Source: an uncultured Clostridia bacterium (GTDB taxonomy: Bacteria; Bacillota; Clostridia; TANB77; CAG-508). Taken from it: a stretch of 64,000 nt of DNA. Both the position numbers and the translations under genes were made by a program. The stretch is from positions 857 to 64,856 of the forward strand of contig CALXHG010000009.1 in assembly GCA_944388045.1 (NCBI GenBank), read 5' to 3'. The notes beneath the pieces were generated by a model that did no database searches, was not told where the DNA came from, and saw nothing but the letters and a program-made list of their open reading frames with translations. This document shows, piece by piece, positions 1-8,327 of the stretch (the stretch's first letter is position 1; each line of letters opens with the position of its first letter).

Positions 1-143
1 CAATATAACTTTATCACATTTTTAGAATGATTTTGCTACTATTTTATCACATTTTTCGATTTTAAAATTATTAAAGTTTATTCAAATTTGAATTTTCAAC
101 TTCAATAAGAAAATTCCAAAAAACTAGTGATTGTAACATTGAA

Positions 144-215
144 GAACAATAGCGGGCTTTTTTTACATTTTATATGTTTATAACATTTTAAAGTCCGCGT
201 CATTGTTCGTGCGCC
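144..215 (+). repeat. Dispersed ~65-bp hairpin element, family H1 (GAACAATAGCGGGCTT ... AAGTCCGCGTCATTGTTCG)
   Basis: Imperfect inverted arms around loop TTTATATGTTTATAACATTTT; near-identical copy at 26675-26737, degenerate copies at 30421-30480 and 31423-31491. Confidence 0.7.
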
Positions 216-341
216 AAATTTTACAAAGTAAAATTTGTGTGCATCCGTTTGAGCGAAGCTCTTTTCTAGTATAGGAAAAGCTTGAATTTTATTTTCACTT
301 TGAATTGCGTAACTTAAAGTTTCATATTGTTTCCTATACTA

Positions 342-368
342 GAAAAAAATCTCTGAATTATTCAGAGA
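342..368 (-). terminator. Rho-independent terminator of the transglycosylase gene
   Basis: 8-bp stem TCTCTGAA/TTCAGAGA (350-357/361-368), 3-nt loop containing the stop codon, followed on the minus strand by TTTTTTT. Confidence 0.7.
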
Positions 369-1122
369 CTTTTTCTGTTTGATTTACTTTTTCTACAACT
401 GCATTTGATTCTTGTAATATTTCATTTTTTTCTTCTTCTGTAATGTACTCATATTTTACCATTTTATCTAAAACTTGATTTTGCCTTTGTTGGGCTAAAT
501 CTAAATGGTCTGTTGGGCAATATGCTGATGGAGCATTTGGTATTCCTGCAAGCATACTTGACTCATTTCTGTTCATATCTTTTGGCTCTTTGCCATAATA
601 TCCTATAGATGCATCTTTTACACAATAATATCCATCACCAAAATAACTTGTATTTAGATATAACTCAAAAATAGTATCTTTATCTAAATTTTTTTCTAAT
701 TCAAATGCCATAAATATCTCTGCAATTTTTCTAAGAGCTGATTTTTCTTGAGTAAAATATATATTTTTAGCTAATTGTTGTGTTATTGTACTTCCACCTT
801 CTCTAAGTTCCCAATATCTTATATTAACTAATACAGCTCTTGCTAATGCAATTGGGTCAACAGCACCATGATTATAAAATCTTCTATCCTCAACTGCAAT
901 AACTGCATTTTTGTAAAACTCTGGCAAATCTTCTAATTTTGTATAACTTTCATTTGATTGTATTTCTGCAACTTTATCTTTAATACTCATTTCATTAATT
1001 GCATTTTTGTATATATTATAACCCTTATTTAAAAGTATACTTATTCCGGTTAATGCAACTAATAAAATTAATAATATAATTATTAAAAATATTCTTTTTA
1101 TTATTTTCATAATAAATAACAT
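358..1122 (-). CDS. Monofunctional peptidoglycan glycosyltransferase (GT51 family), membrane anchored
   Basis: GT51 motifs EDRRFYNHGAVDP and GGSTITQQLAKN; N-terminal TM helix. Likely true start is the ATG at 1110 (MKIIKR...), since the ATG at 1122 lies inside the AAGGAATG Shine-Dalgarno. Confidence 0.85.
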   Translation of the reverse strand: MLFIMKIIKRIFLIIILLILLVALTGISILLNKGYNIYKNAINEMSIKDKVAEIQSNESYTKLEDLPEFYKNAVIAVEDRRFYNHGAVDPIALARAVLVNIRYWELREGGSTITQQLAKNIYFTQEKSALRKIAEIFMAFELEKNLDKDTIFELYLNTSYFGDGYYCVKDASIGYYGKEPKDMNRNESSMLAGIPNAPSAYCPTDHLDLAQQRQNQVLDKMVKYEYITEEEKNEILQESNAVVEKVNQTEKVSE

Positions 1123-1261
1123 TCCTTTCTTGTTTTAAAGGCTCACATACTTTCATCCTATTTTTATTGTACTACATTTTATTCGACAAATAAATACCTT
1201 TTTCTTAATTTTTTCTTATTTTATTGCAGTTACTTTTTTATACATCAAAAAAAGTAAATTT

Positions 1262-1313
1262 AGTACCGGTTCTATTTTTTCCCATTTTTGATAGCAAATT
1301 ATAGAACCGGTAC
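1262..1313. repeat. Paired GTRCCGGTTCT-T6 motif (family H2), inverted pair
   Basis: GTACCGGTTCTATTTTTT ... TAGAACCGGTAC; the same 18-mer recurs as direct pairs at 22639-22694 and 31499-31552. Confidence 0.65.
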
Positions 1314-1414
1314 ATTTTTACCCATCAAAAAAGAAACATAAGCTGACCTCACAACTTATGCTTCTCTTGTACTCAGCTACAATTGTAAACTGAGGTTGGA
1401 GTGATTTTTATAGG

Positions 1415-2353
1415 TTACCATACCTTATAGAAGATATGGTCACCAAATTCCACTTTAACTTGGATGCTATTTCTCATCTCTATTTCCGAATTACCACAGT
1501 AATCCGGATTATAGAAGTACAGCGCACCCCCCCGAGCATATTCGTCGGGATTAAGACCCTTACTAATTGCTTCTTGACGAAGCAATTCTTCAGTCGGGTC
1601 TTCTCCTGCAAGAGCACGCTCTGCTGCTTCCACACAGCTTTCTGGCACCTCAGAAAATTCAACTGGCTTGCCAAAAGCCATTACAGTTCCTCCTTTTACA
1701 GAGGAAAACTGTCCTTTCTGAGAGATAACCTCTTGTATCGTGTTCGGAAAACTTTCCGATTCAACACGATTCAGAATTGTTGCAGCCACTGCAAGTTGCT
1801 GTTCCAATGTTTGGTTACCCGCTTCTGCGTAGGTAACCTTCGCCAGCAATTGCAAATCCTCACTTGCAATTTTGGAAATTGTTGTACTCAAAGAATTTTC
1901 TTCTGAAAATTCTTCTTCAACAACAGGAGATGAAGTCTCAGCTTGGCTTTCGCCAATCAATTTTTTTGTTTCTTCACTTGCCTTTTCTCTTTCCATTTGC
2001 CGAGCAATTTCTTGCTCAACAATTTGGTTGTACCTATCTTCACTTTGAATATTTGCCTTACTAGTCTCCTTAATCTCCTCTTGCCTAACCATTTTTATGG
2101 CTTCAGCATTGTTGTCCAAAATGTCGATGCTTGATTGATAACAAACACACATTGTGTTTGCGAAAAACGCCATTGTCGCAATAGCACTTGCCAAACTTAC
2201 TCGTAAGTTCCGAGTTTCATCATGGCAATTCGCAGTTGCTACATTCTTTCCTTTCTTCTGAATGTAACACACAGCATTATCGTACTCTCTTTTAATCATA
2301 TGGATTGTTTTCACTCCTTTCAAATTATCCATATCTATATAATTATACAACAT
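1415..2353 (-). CDS. SleB/Hydrolase_2-type cell wall hydrolase, GC-anomalous (foreign-looking) gene
   Basis: C-terminal YAEAGNQ...AVAATILNRVESESFPNTIQEVISQKGQFSSV resembles the SleB-like cell wall hydrolase domain; clearly higher G+C than flanks; uses in-frame CGG Arg codons. Confidence 0.7.
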   Translation of the reverse strand: MLYNYIDMDNLKGVKTIHMIKREYDNAVCYIQKKGKNVATANCHDETRNLRVSLASAIATMAFFANTMCVCYQSSIDILDNNAEAIKMVRQEEIKETSKANIQSEDRYNQIVEQEIARQMEREKASEETKKLIGESQAETSSPVVEEEFSEENSLSTTISKIASEDLQLLAKVTYAEAGNQTLEQQLAVAATILNRVESESFPNTIQEVISQKGQFSSVKGGTVMAFGKPVEFSEVPESCVEAAERALAGEDPTEELLRQEAISKGLNPDEYARGGALYFYNPDYCGNSEIEMRNSIQVKVEFGDHIFYKVW

Positions 2354-2375
2354 TTTTCCTTTTTTTTCAAGTCTA

Positions 2376-3602
2376 CTATTGTTTTCTTCCTACATAATAA
2401 TTCTTTTTTCCTCTTTTTATAATTATATAATAATTATCTATAAACATATCTTCTGTAATTGTTATATTGCTATCTGTTACTTTATTTCCATTTATTGATA
2501 TGGCACCACTAGTAATAAACTCTCTTGCTTCTCTTTTACTATTTGCAGCACCTATATTTATAACCATGTCGACTATACTTATATTTGAATTAACATCTTT
2601 CATATCTTGCTCATCAAATAAATCTGTTATATCTTGTTTTGTTAAATCATCAAATTTATTGTTAAATAAACTTTGAGCTAATTTTTCTGCTCTATCATAT
2701 TCTTCTTTTCCATGTAAAAATGTTATAATTTCTCTAGCTAAAGCTTTATGAGCTTCTCTTAATTCTGGATGTTCACTATTCTTTTTTTCATATTCTTCTA
2801 TTTCTTCTTTTGAAAGGAATGTATAGATTTTTAAATAATCTATAACCATAGAGTCTTCAACATTTACAAAGAATTGGTATAGTTTATAGCTTGAAGTTTT
2901 ATTTTTATCTAACCATAAAGCATTTCCTTCACTTTTTCCAAATTTCTTTCCTTGAGAATCTGTTACAAGTGGCATTGTAAATCCATATACTTCATCCCCT
3001 GTTGACTTTCTAATTAAGTCAATTCCTGCTGTAATGTTTCCCCATTGATCTGACCCTGCACATTGTAAATCTACACCTTTATGTTCATGTAAATATTTGA
3101 AGTCTAATGCTTGTAATATCATATATGAAAATTCTGTATATGTTATTCCTGATTCTAATCTTCTTCTTATTATGTCTTTATCTAACATATAGTTTATATT
3201 AAAAAATTTTCCATAATCTCTTAAAAAATCTATTACATTTATGTCTTTATACCAGTCATTATTATTTACAACCTCAAATCCAAAGATTTTTTCTACTTGT
3301 TTTTTTAAACTTTCAAAATTGCTTTTTACTTGCTCTTTACTTATCATTGCTCTTTCTGTTGTAGGTCTTGGATCTCCTATCATTCCTGTTCCTCCACCTA
3401 CTAATAATATTGGATGATGTCCTGCTTCTTTTAGTCTTTTTGATATTAAAAAACTTGATAAATGACCTACATGTAAACTGTCTGCAGTAGGGTCTGTTCC
3501 TATATAAAATGTTAATCCACCTTTGTTTAATTTTTCTTCTAATTCTGGACTTGATATGTCTTTTATTAGTCCTCTCCATTTTAAATCTTCTACTACTGTC
3601 AT
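2376..3602 (-). CDS. tyrS: Tyrosine--tRNA ligase
   Basis: Class I HIGH (HVGHL) and KMSKS-like (KFGKS) motifs, C-terminal S4-like domain, 408 aa. Confidence 0.95.
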   Translation of the reverse strand: MTVVEDLKWRGLIKDISSPELEEKLNKGGLTFYIGTDPTADSLHVGHLSSFLISKRLKEAGHHPILLVGGGTGMIGDPRPTTERAMISKEQVKSNFESLKKQVEKIFGFEVVNNNDWYKDINVIDFLRDYGKFFNINYMLDKDIIRRRLESGITYTEFSYMILQALDFKYLHEHKGVDLQCAGSDQWGNITAGIDLIRKSTGDEVYGFTMPLVTDSQGKKFGKSEGNALWLDKNKTSSYKLYQFFVNVEDSMVIDYLKIYTFLSKEEIEEYEKKNSEHPELREAHKALAREIITFLHGKEEYDRAEKLAQSLFNNKFDDLTKQDITDLFDEQDMKDVNSNISIVDMVINIGAANSKREAREFITSGAISINGNKVTDSNITITEDMFIDNYYIIIKRGKKNYYVGRKQ

Positions 3603-3977
3603 TCTTCTATCATTCCTTTCTTTTTATTGTTTTGAATTTTTTGATTTCATTATTTTTTATTTTTTGTTTTTTTGATTTTTTTATTTTAAGATTTTACTTT
3701 TTTAAATTTATATAATTTAGTTTTATTTCTTATGTTCTATATTTTAACTTAAAATAGTTCAAATTTCAAGTTTTTTCTAAATTTATATTATAAATAATTA
3801 CATATTTTCCTCTTTTAGCTATGCTTATAAAAATTTCTTACTGAACTGTAACCATATTTTTATTAAAAGTTATTATCTATAATTTTAAAGGGATAATAGC
3901 TGACTTTTTAAGATATTTTATACATCTATAGCTTTTTAAAAATGAGTAAATTTTAAAAAAGATAGTAATTGTATATA

Positions 3978-4070
3978 GAACAAATAAGAAAATCTTTGAT
4001 TTTCTTTAATTTGTTCTCGCCCGATTTGAGTTTTCGACTGTAAGGAGAAAATCTCAAAGGGCTAGCGATT
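3978..4070 (+). repeat. Dispersed structured element, family H3 (GTTTTCGRCTRTAAGGAGAAAATCTCAAAGKGCTAGCRATT)
   Basis: Hairpin GAACAAATAAGAAAATC/GATTTTCTTTAATTTGTTC followed by a 41-nt block that recurs with 5 mismatches at 16583-16634. Confidence 0.6.
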
Positions 4071-4079
4071 GTAGCTTTT

Positions 4080-4160
4080 TATACAATAGGAAAGTATAAC
4101 TTTCCTATTGTATAAAACCAGAAAGGAGGTTGAGGAATTTCTTCCTCACCTCCTCTCTGG
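4080..4160 (-). terminator. Double hairpin terminator downstream of the 4195..4587 ORF
   Basis: ~19-bp stem CCAGAAAGGAGGTTGAGGAA/TTCCTCACCTCCTCTCTGG (4118-4160) followed on minus strand by TTTTAT, then a perfect 15-bp hairpin at 4080-4114. Confidence 0.65.
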
Positions 4161-4194
4161 CTTGTATAAGTTTGTTCCTTTTCAGGACTTTATC

Positions 4195-4587
4195 TTAGGT
4201 TTTGGGAACGTACTTAAGCAGATACGTTTTTTGGGGATTTAACGGCCTATGGTAGGTTGCAATCCCATACCTGTCAAACACGTTGTTCAGGACTGACTCC
4301 ACTCCAACGAGGTCGTCATATAAATCTTGGGGATAAATTGTATATGCAATCTTGCACATACGCAAAATCCCGTCACTGGTTTTCATGCAAGTGCCATCAT
4401 CTCTCGGAGTGTAACCTTCAAGATAATTCCGGCACCAGCCAACCTTCGCAAGAGTATGCAAGTCATTGGCAGAGAAAATCACCTGCACATCATGTTCTTT
4501 GATTTTCTCAAAGAGAACTGAAACGAAATTGCTTTCGTTCACAATCAGCTCTTCTACTGAGTTAACTCTCGAGCCAAAAATTCCCAT
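4195..4587 (-). CDS. Hypothetical protein, GC-anomalous islet gene 1
   Basis: 130-aa ORF with GGAGG RBS, own extended -10 promoter (TGATATAAT) and own terminator; no family recognised. Confidence 0.55.
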   Translation of the reverse strand: MGIFGSRVNSVEELIVNESNFVSVLFEKIKEHDVQVIFSANDLHTLAKVGWCRNYLEGYTPRDDGTCMKTSDGILRMCKIAYTIYPQDLYDDLVGVESVLNNVFDRYGIATYHRPLNPQKTYLLKYVPKT

Positions 4588-4827
4588 AATTTACCTCCTT
4601 ATAATTGCTGAGGGGTGAATATACGTCAAGGAGTACTTGACTCCAAATACTATTATATTATATCACTATTCTTCAAAAAAATCTACTTTTTTTTGAAATT
4701 TGGTGTTTTACCTTAATTAAAATAATAAATTCCAGTATGAAAGCAATAAGACAGGTCAGTACTCAGAAATTACTTCTTTGTATTGACCTGTCTTTAGCTT
4801 TAGAATTAGAACTCTAAAAAAACTTAG

Positions 4828-5169
4828 TTAGACATCAGTCTTGATGTAAGCAACGCAAGCAATTTGTTTAAGGCTATTGGGAATTTCGTACAAAATGTTC
4901 TCACCTTGCTTGATTCTCATCAAGCACCCAATGTCGTTTACATGCCTCCACGAGATGGAAAGATGCTGGAAGAAAGAAGTATACTCTCCATTGTAGCAGT
5001 AATTCTTCTTCACATTTTTGCTTTTCATCAAGTCCTCAACATTGAAGAGGAGAAGCTTGTTCTGCCCATTTGCAGCAAGACTGCAGAAAGCAGCTTCACA
5101 CTTTTCGATGGGCATCCGAAAGAAATTCGAGTGCCATTCCAGTTTTGTCATAACGTGCTGGTTGTCCAT
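4828..5169 (-). CDS. Hypothetical protein, GC-anomalous islet gene 2
   Basis: 113-aa ORF, higher G+C than backbone, followed by hairpin AAGACAGGTCA...TGACCTGTCTT (4749-4795); no family recognised. Confidence 0.5.
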   Translation of the reverse strand: MDNQHVMTKLEWHSNFFRMPIEKCEAAFCSLAANGQNKLLLFNVEDLMKSKNVKKNYCYNGEYTSFFQHLSISWRHVNDIGCLMRIKQGENILYEIPNSLKQIACVAYIKTDV

Positions 5170-5225
5170 AATAGAACCTCCTGTTCAATCTGCTTGGTCA
5201 AAAATCTTTTGAATTTATGACCAAT

Positions 5226-5618
5226 TTAATTGGTAGCTATTTCAAGAAACAAAATGCGTTTAGCATTTGTCTCTTTTTCCAAAGAATAGAATTGCTTGTT
5301 TTTATACCAGATGCTAATAATCTGGCACTTAGCTTCTTTCTCATTTTTTTTGTCATCCAAAATGACGACATACTGTAAAGAACAATCCTGTTCTAACTTT
5401 GCTTGATGAATTATATCCCCATGACTGTTTTTTAAATTTGTTGTTGTTATATTCTCTGCCACCTCCTTAATAAGACTCAAACGAGTTATAACAACACTCT
5501 CCCGCAATCCAGGGAGAGTTAACATAGAAAGCACTGTTCTAACATTGCCTTCAACTGCTGATATTTTTCTTCCATCTTTAACAGAATAAAGCCTAAGTCT
5601 TTTCATATGCTCCTCCAA
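5226..5618 (-). CDS. Hypothetical protein, GC-anomalous islet gene 3
   Basis: 130-aa ORF, intermediate G+C; no family recognised. Confidence 0.5.
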   Translation of the reverse strand: MEEHMKRLRLYSVKDGRKISAVEGNVRTVLSMLTLPGLRESVVITRLSLIKEVAENITTTNLKNSHGDIIHQAKLEQDCSLQYVVILDDKKNEKEAKCQIISIWYKNKQFYSLEKETNAKRILFLEIATN

Positions 5619-5686
5619 ACATAATTCAAAAAAAAGCTTATGTTTGATGGACTTTCCATCAAAATCATAAGCTATTATATCACAAT

Positions 5687-6856
5687 TTAAAATGCTTGTC
5701 TATATAATTCGACAAAATCTTCTTTTGTTACTTCTCTTGGGTTTCCTGGTTTGCATGGATCTTGCATTGCTTTTTCTGCTAAAAGTTCAAAATCCTCTTC
5801 TCTTGCCCCAACATCTCTAACTCTTTGTGTTATTCCTACAGATTTAGATAATTCAGAAATCATCCATACAAATGTATTAATTACATCTTGGTCATTTAGA
5901 TGTTCTGCGTCAGGTCTACCAATCTCACATAATATTTCTCTAAATCTTTGTGCTGTTGCATGGTCTGCTCCATTAAATCTCATAACTGTTGGCAATAATA
6001 TTGCATTTGCAATTCCGTGTGGAGTATCATAAACAGCTCCTAATTGATGTGCCATAGAATGTACAATTCCTAATCCAACATTAGAAAATCCCATTCCTGC
6101 TATATATTGTGCTAATCCCATCATTTCTATTGCTTCTTCATCTTTTTCATTTACTGCTGATGGTAAATATTTGAAGATTAATTTTATTGCTTTCATATGG
6201 AACATATCTGACATTGTATTATGTGCTTTTGTAATATATCCCTCAACAGCATGTGTTAATGCATCCATTCCTGTTGCAGCAGCTAGTGATTTTGGCATAG
6301 ATGCCATTAATTCTGAATCTACTATTGCTAATATTGGAATGTCATGTGGATCTACACATACCATTTTTATTTCTCTTTCTTCATCTGTTATAACATAATT
6401 TATTGTTACTTCTGCTGCTGTTCCTGCTGTTGTTGGTAATGCTATTAATGGCATACCTCTATTTATTGTATTTGAAGCTCCATTTAGTGATACAATATCA
6501 CTTCTTTCTGGATTTGTCATAACTATAGATACACCTTTTGCAGTATCTATACTTGAACCTCCACCTACAGCAACTATTACATCAGCTCCTGAATTTCTAC
6601 ATGCTTCTACTCCATCTGTTACATTTTTTATTGATGGATTTGGTTTTACATCAGAATATACTTCATATGGTATTTCTGCTCTTTGTAAAACATCTGTAAC
6701 TTTATTTATTAGTCCACATTCTACTAATGACTTATCTGTTACAACAAAAGCTTTTTTAAATCCTCTGCTCTTAATTTCTCCTGGTAATTCTTCTCTTGCA
6801 CCTTTTCCAAAATATGATGTTTCATTTAAAGTAAATTTAACTGACATATTTTTCAC
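5687..6856 (-). CDS. fucO: Iron-containing alcohol dehydrogenase, lactaldehyde reductase (FucO)-like
   Basis: Long collinear similarity to FucO as I remember it (LNETSYFGKGA, PTTAGTAAEVTINYVITDEE, VDPHDIP, GMDALTHAVEGYIT, GFSNVGLGIVHSMAH). Confidence 0.8.
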   Translation of the reverse strand: MKNMSVKFTLNETSYFGKGAREELPGEIKSRGFKKAFVVTDKSLVECGLINKVTDVLQRAEIPYEVYSDVKPNPSIKNVTDGVEACRNSGADVIVAVGGGSSIDTAKGVSIVMTNPERSDIVSLNGASNTINRGMPLIALPTTAGTAAEVTINYVITDEEREIKMVCVDPHDIPILAIVDSELMASMPKSLAAATGMDALTHAVEGYITKAHNTMSDMFHMKAIKLIFKYLPSAVNEKDEEAIEMMGLAQYIAGMGFSNVGLGIVHSMAHQLGAVYDTPHGIANAILLPTVMRFNGADHATAQRFREILCEIGRPDAEHLNDQDVINTFVWMISELSKSVGITQRVRDVGAREEDFELLAEKAMQDPCKPGNPREVTKEDFVELYRQAF

Positions 6857-7069
6857 TCCTTCTTTTGAATTTTTTACTGCCTTTATATTGGCAAATTTAT
6901 ATAAATTAAATTTTGCAATTAAATCTCAAATAAATATTACTTATTATGATTATTTAAATTATAATACTCTTGAATTCTTTAGAAATTCTGAATATTACTT
7001 AACAATTTTAGTAATATTTAATTATTCTGATTAATTGCTCATTTTAAATTATATACATTTTTTTATGTT

Positions 7070-7711
7070 TTAGTCAATAGAAATTTCCATATATTCTTCT
7101 GGAATATCAAATAAAGATTTATCAATATCTGTTGAAATTTCTATTTTTAATGTTTCTTCTTCCATTTGACTAAAAATTGTTTTTATATATACTAGTTTAT
7201 TGTCATTATCAAAATAAAATCTTGTTTTTACTTGACTTTCGTCATCATTTAAAACATTTGTATCTGTAAACATTGTTGTTCCTTGATATTCTTCGTAATA
7301 ATATTTTTTTCCTCTAATTTTTTCCTCACCAGTTGTATACTCTCTATTAACAACATCTGCAAGCCAACTTTCAACAACATTTACATCTATATTTGTATTA
7401 TTATATATATAATATTCTTCTTTTTCATGTGTAATATATGTTGTTGTATTGTCTTTTATTATTGTTGTGGTATGTGTTCCAGATGTATAATTATCAATTA
7501 CAGCATTATTTCCATCTTTTACCACAATTGTTTTATTATTCGTGTCTTTTTCTTTTTGAAATTGATATGATGTAATACCATTTAGTTGATTATATACTTC
7601 AGAAAGTAAATGAATTTCTGTTTTTTTATTATTTTTAACAATTATTATTGCTATTATAATTGCTATAATTAAAATTATTGGAATTACTATTCTTATTATT
7701 CTTTTTTTCAT
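7070..7711 (-). CDS. Membrane-anchored hypothetical protein
   Basis: N-terminal TM helix, Asn/Thr-rich extracytoplasmic part; similar architecture to 11308..11919. Confidence 0.55.
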   Translation of the reverse strand: MKKRIIRIVIPIILIIAIIIAIIIVKNNKKTEIHLLSEVYNQLNGITSYQFQKEKDTNNKTIVVKDGNNAVIDNYTSGTHTTTIIKDNTTTYITHEKEEYYIYNNTNIDVNVVESWLADVVNREYTTGEEKIRGKKYYYEEYQGTTMFTDTNVLNDDESQVKTRFYFDNDNKLVYIKTIFSQMEEETLKIEISTDIDKSLFDIPEEYMEISID

Positions 7712-7734
7712 TTGACTTCACTTTCCTTTTCATG

Positions 7735-7797
7735 TTGGGGTCGGTCCCTTTTTCTGTTGGGGTCGGTCCCTTTTCTCGTTGGGGTCGGTCCCTTTTT
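7735..7797 (-). repeat. 22-bp tandem repeat array, 3 units (core GGGACCGACCCC on minus strand)
   Basis: TTGGGGTCGGTCCCTTTTTCTG / TTGGGGTCGGTCCCTTTTCTCG / TTGGGGTCGGTCCCTTTTT; sits between def stop and the start of 7070..7711. Confidence 0.9.
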
Positions 7798-7815
7798 ATA
7801 CCTTTTTGTTCTGAT

Positions 7816-8301
7816 TTATTGTTCTGTATTTTCATTTTGAACATATTCTAATGTTCCTGGAATCATTCTATCTGTAAATACTACACCTTCTAAATGGTCA
7901 ACCTCATGTGCAATTGCTTGTGCTAGCAAGTCTTTGGCTTTTAATGTAAATTTCTTTCCATCTCTATCTAAGGCTTCTACAGTTAATTCTTTTGGCCTCA
8001 CAACTTTTGCATATTGGTTTGGAAAACTTAAACATCCTTCTTCTACTTCATGTTCTCCTTTTGTTTTTGTTATCTTAGGATTTATAAAAATTCTAGCTCC
8101 TTCTCCGTCTTCTATGTCTATGACTACTACTCTTTTTAGTACTCCTACTTGTACTGCTGATAATCCAACTCCATTATATTTGTACATTGTTTCTATCATA
8201 TCGTCTATTAATGTTTGTATTTTTTCGTCAATATTTTCTACTTCTCTAGATTTTTTTCTTAGGATTTCATCGTTTTCTAGTCTCATTGTTCTTATTGCCA
8301 T
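7816..8301 (-). CDS. def: Peptide deformylase
   Basis: Motifs GVGLSAVQVG, EGCLSFP, HEVDHLEG. Confidence 0.95.
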   Translation of the reverse strand: MAIRTMRLENDEILRKKSREVENIDEKIQTLIDDMIETMYKYNGVGLSAVQVGVLKRVVVIDIEDGEGARIFINPKITKTKGEHEVEEGCLSFPNQYAKVVRPKELTVEALDRDGKKFTLKAKDLLAQAIAHEVDHLEGVVFTDRMIPGTLEYVQNENTEQ

Positions 8302-8327
8302 TATTTATTGCTCCTTGTCTAATTTTA

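Noticed and set aside
1176-1192. 13-nt identity ATTCGACAAATAA shared by 1180 and 23606
   Set aside because: In 64 kb of strongly AT-biased sequence many 13-mer coincidences are expected, and there is no flanking similarity.
1436-1906. Long antisense ORFs inside real genes (1436..1906, 7934..8332, 14014..14586, 16857..17168, 22246..22707, 46273..46629, 52033..52338, 62757..63077, 63626..63964 and others)
   Set aside because: These are shadow frames opposite well-supported genes. They have low-complexity, Phe/Leu/Ile/Ser/Cys-rich translations and no RBS.
3603-4194. T-box leader upstream of tyrS
   Set aside because: I looked on the minus strand for the conserved T-box sequence (AAnnnGGGTGGTACCGCG-like) and a specifier/terminator arrangement and found nothing resembling it. 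The region is A/T homopolymer-rich plus the H3 element. Absence cannot be proven without a covariance search.
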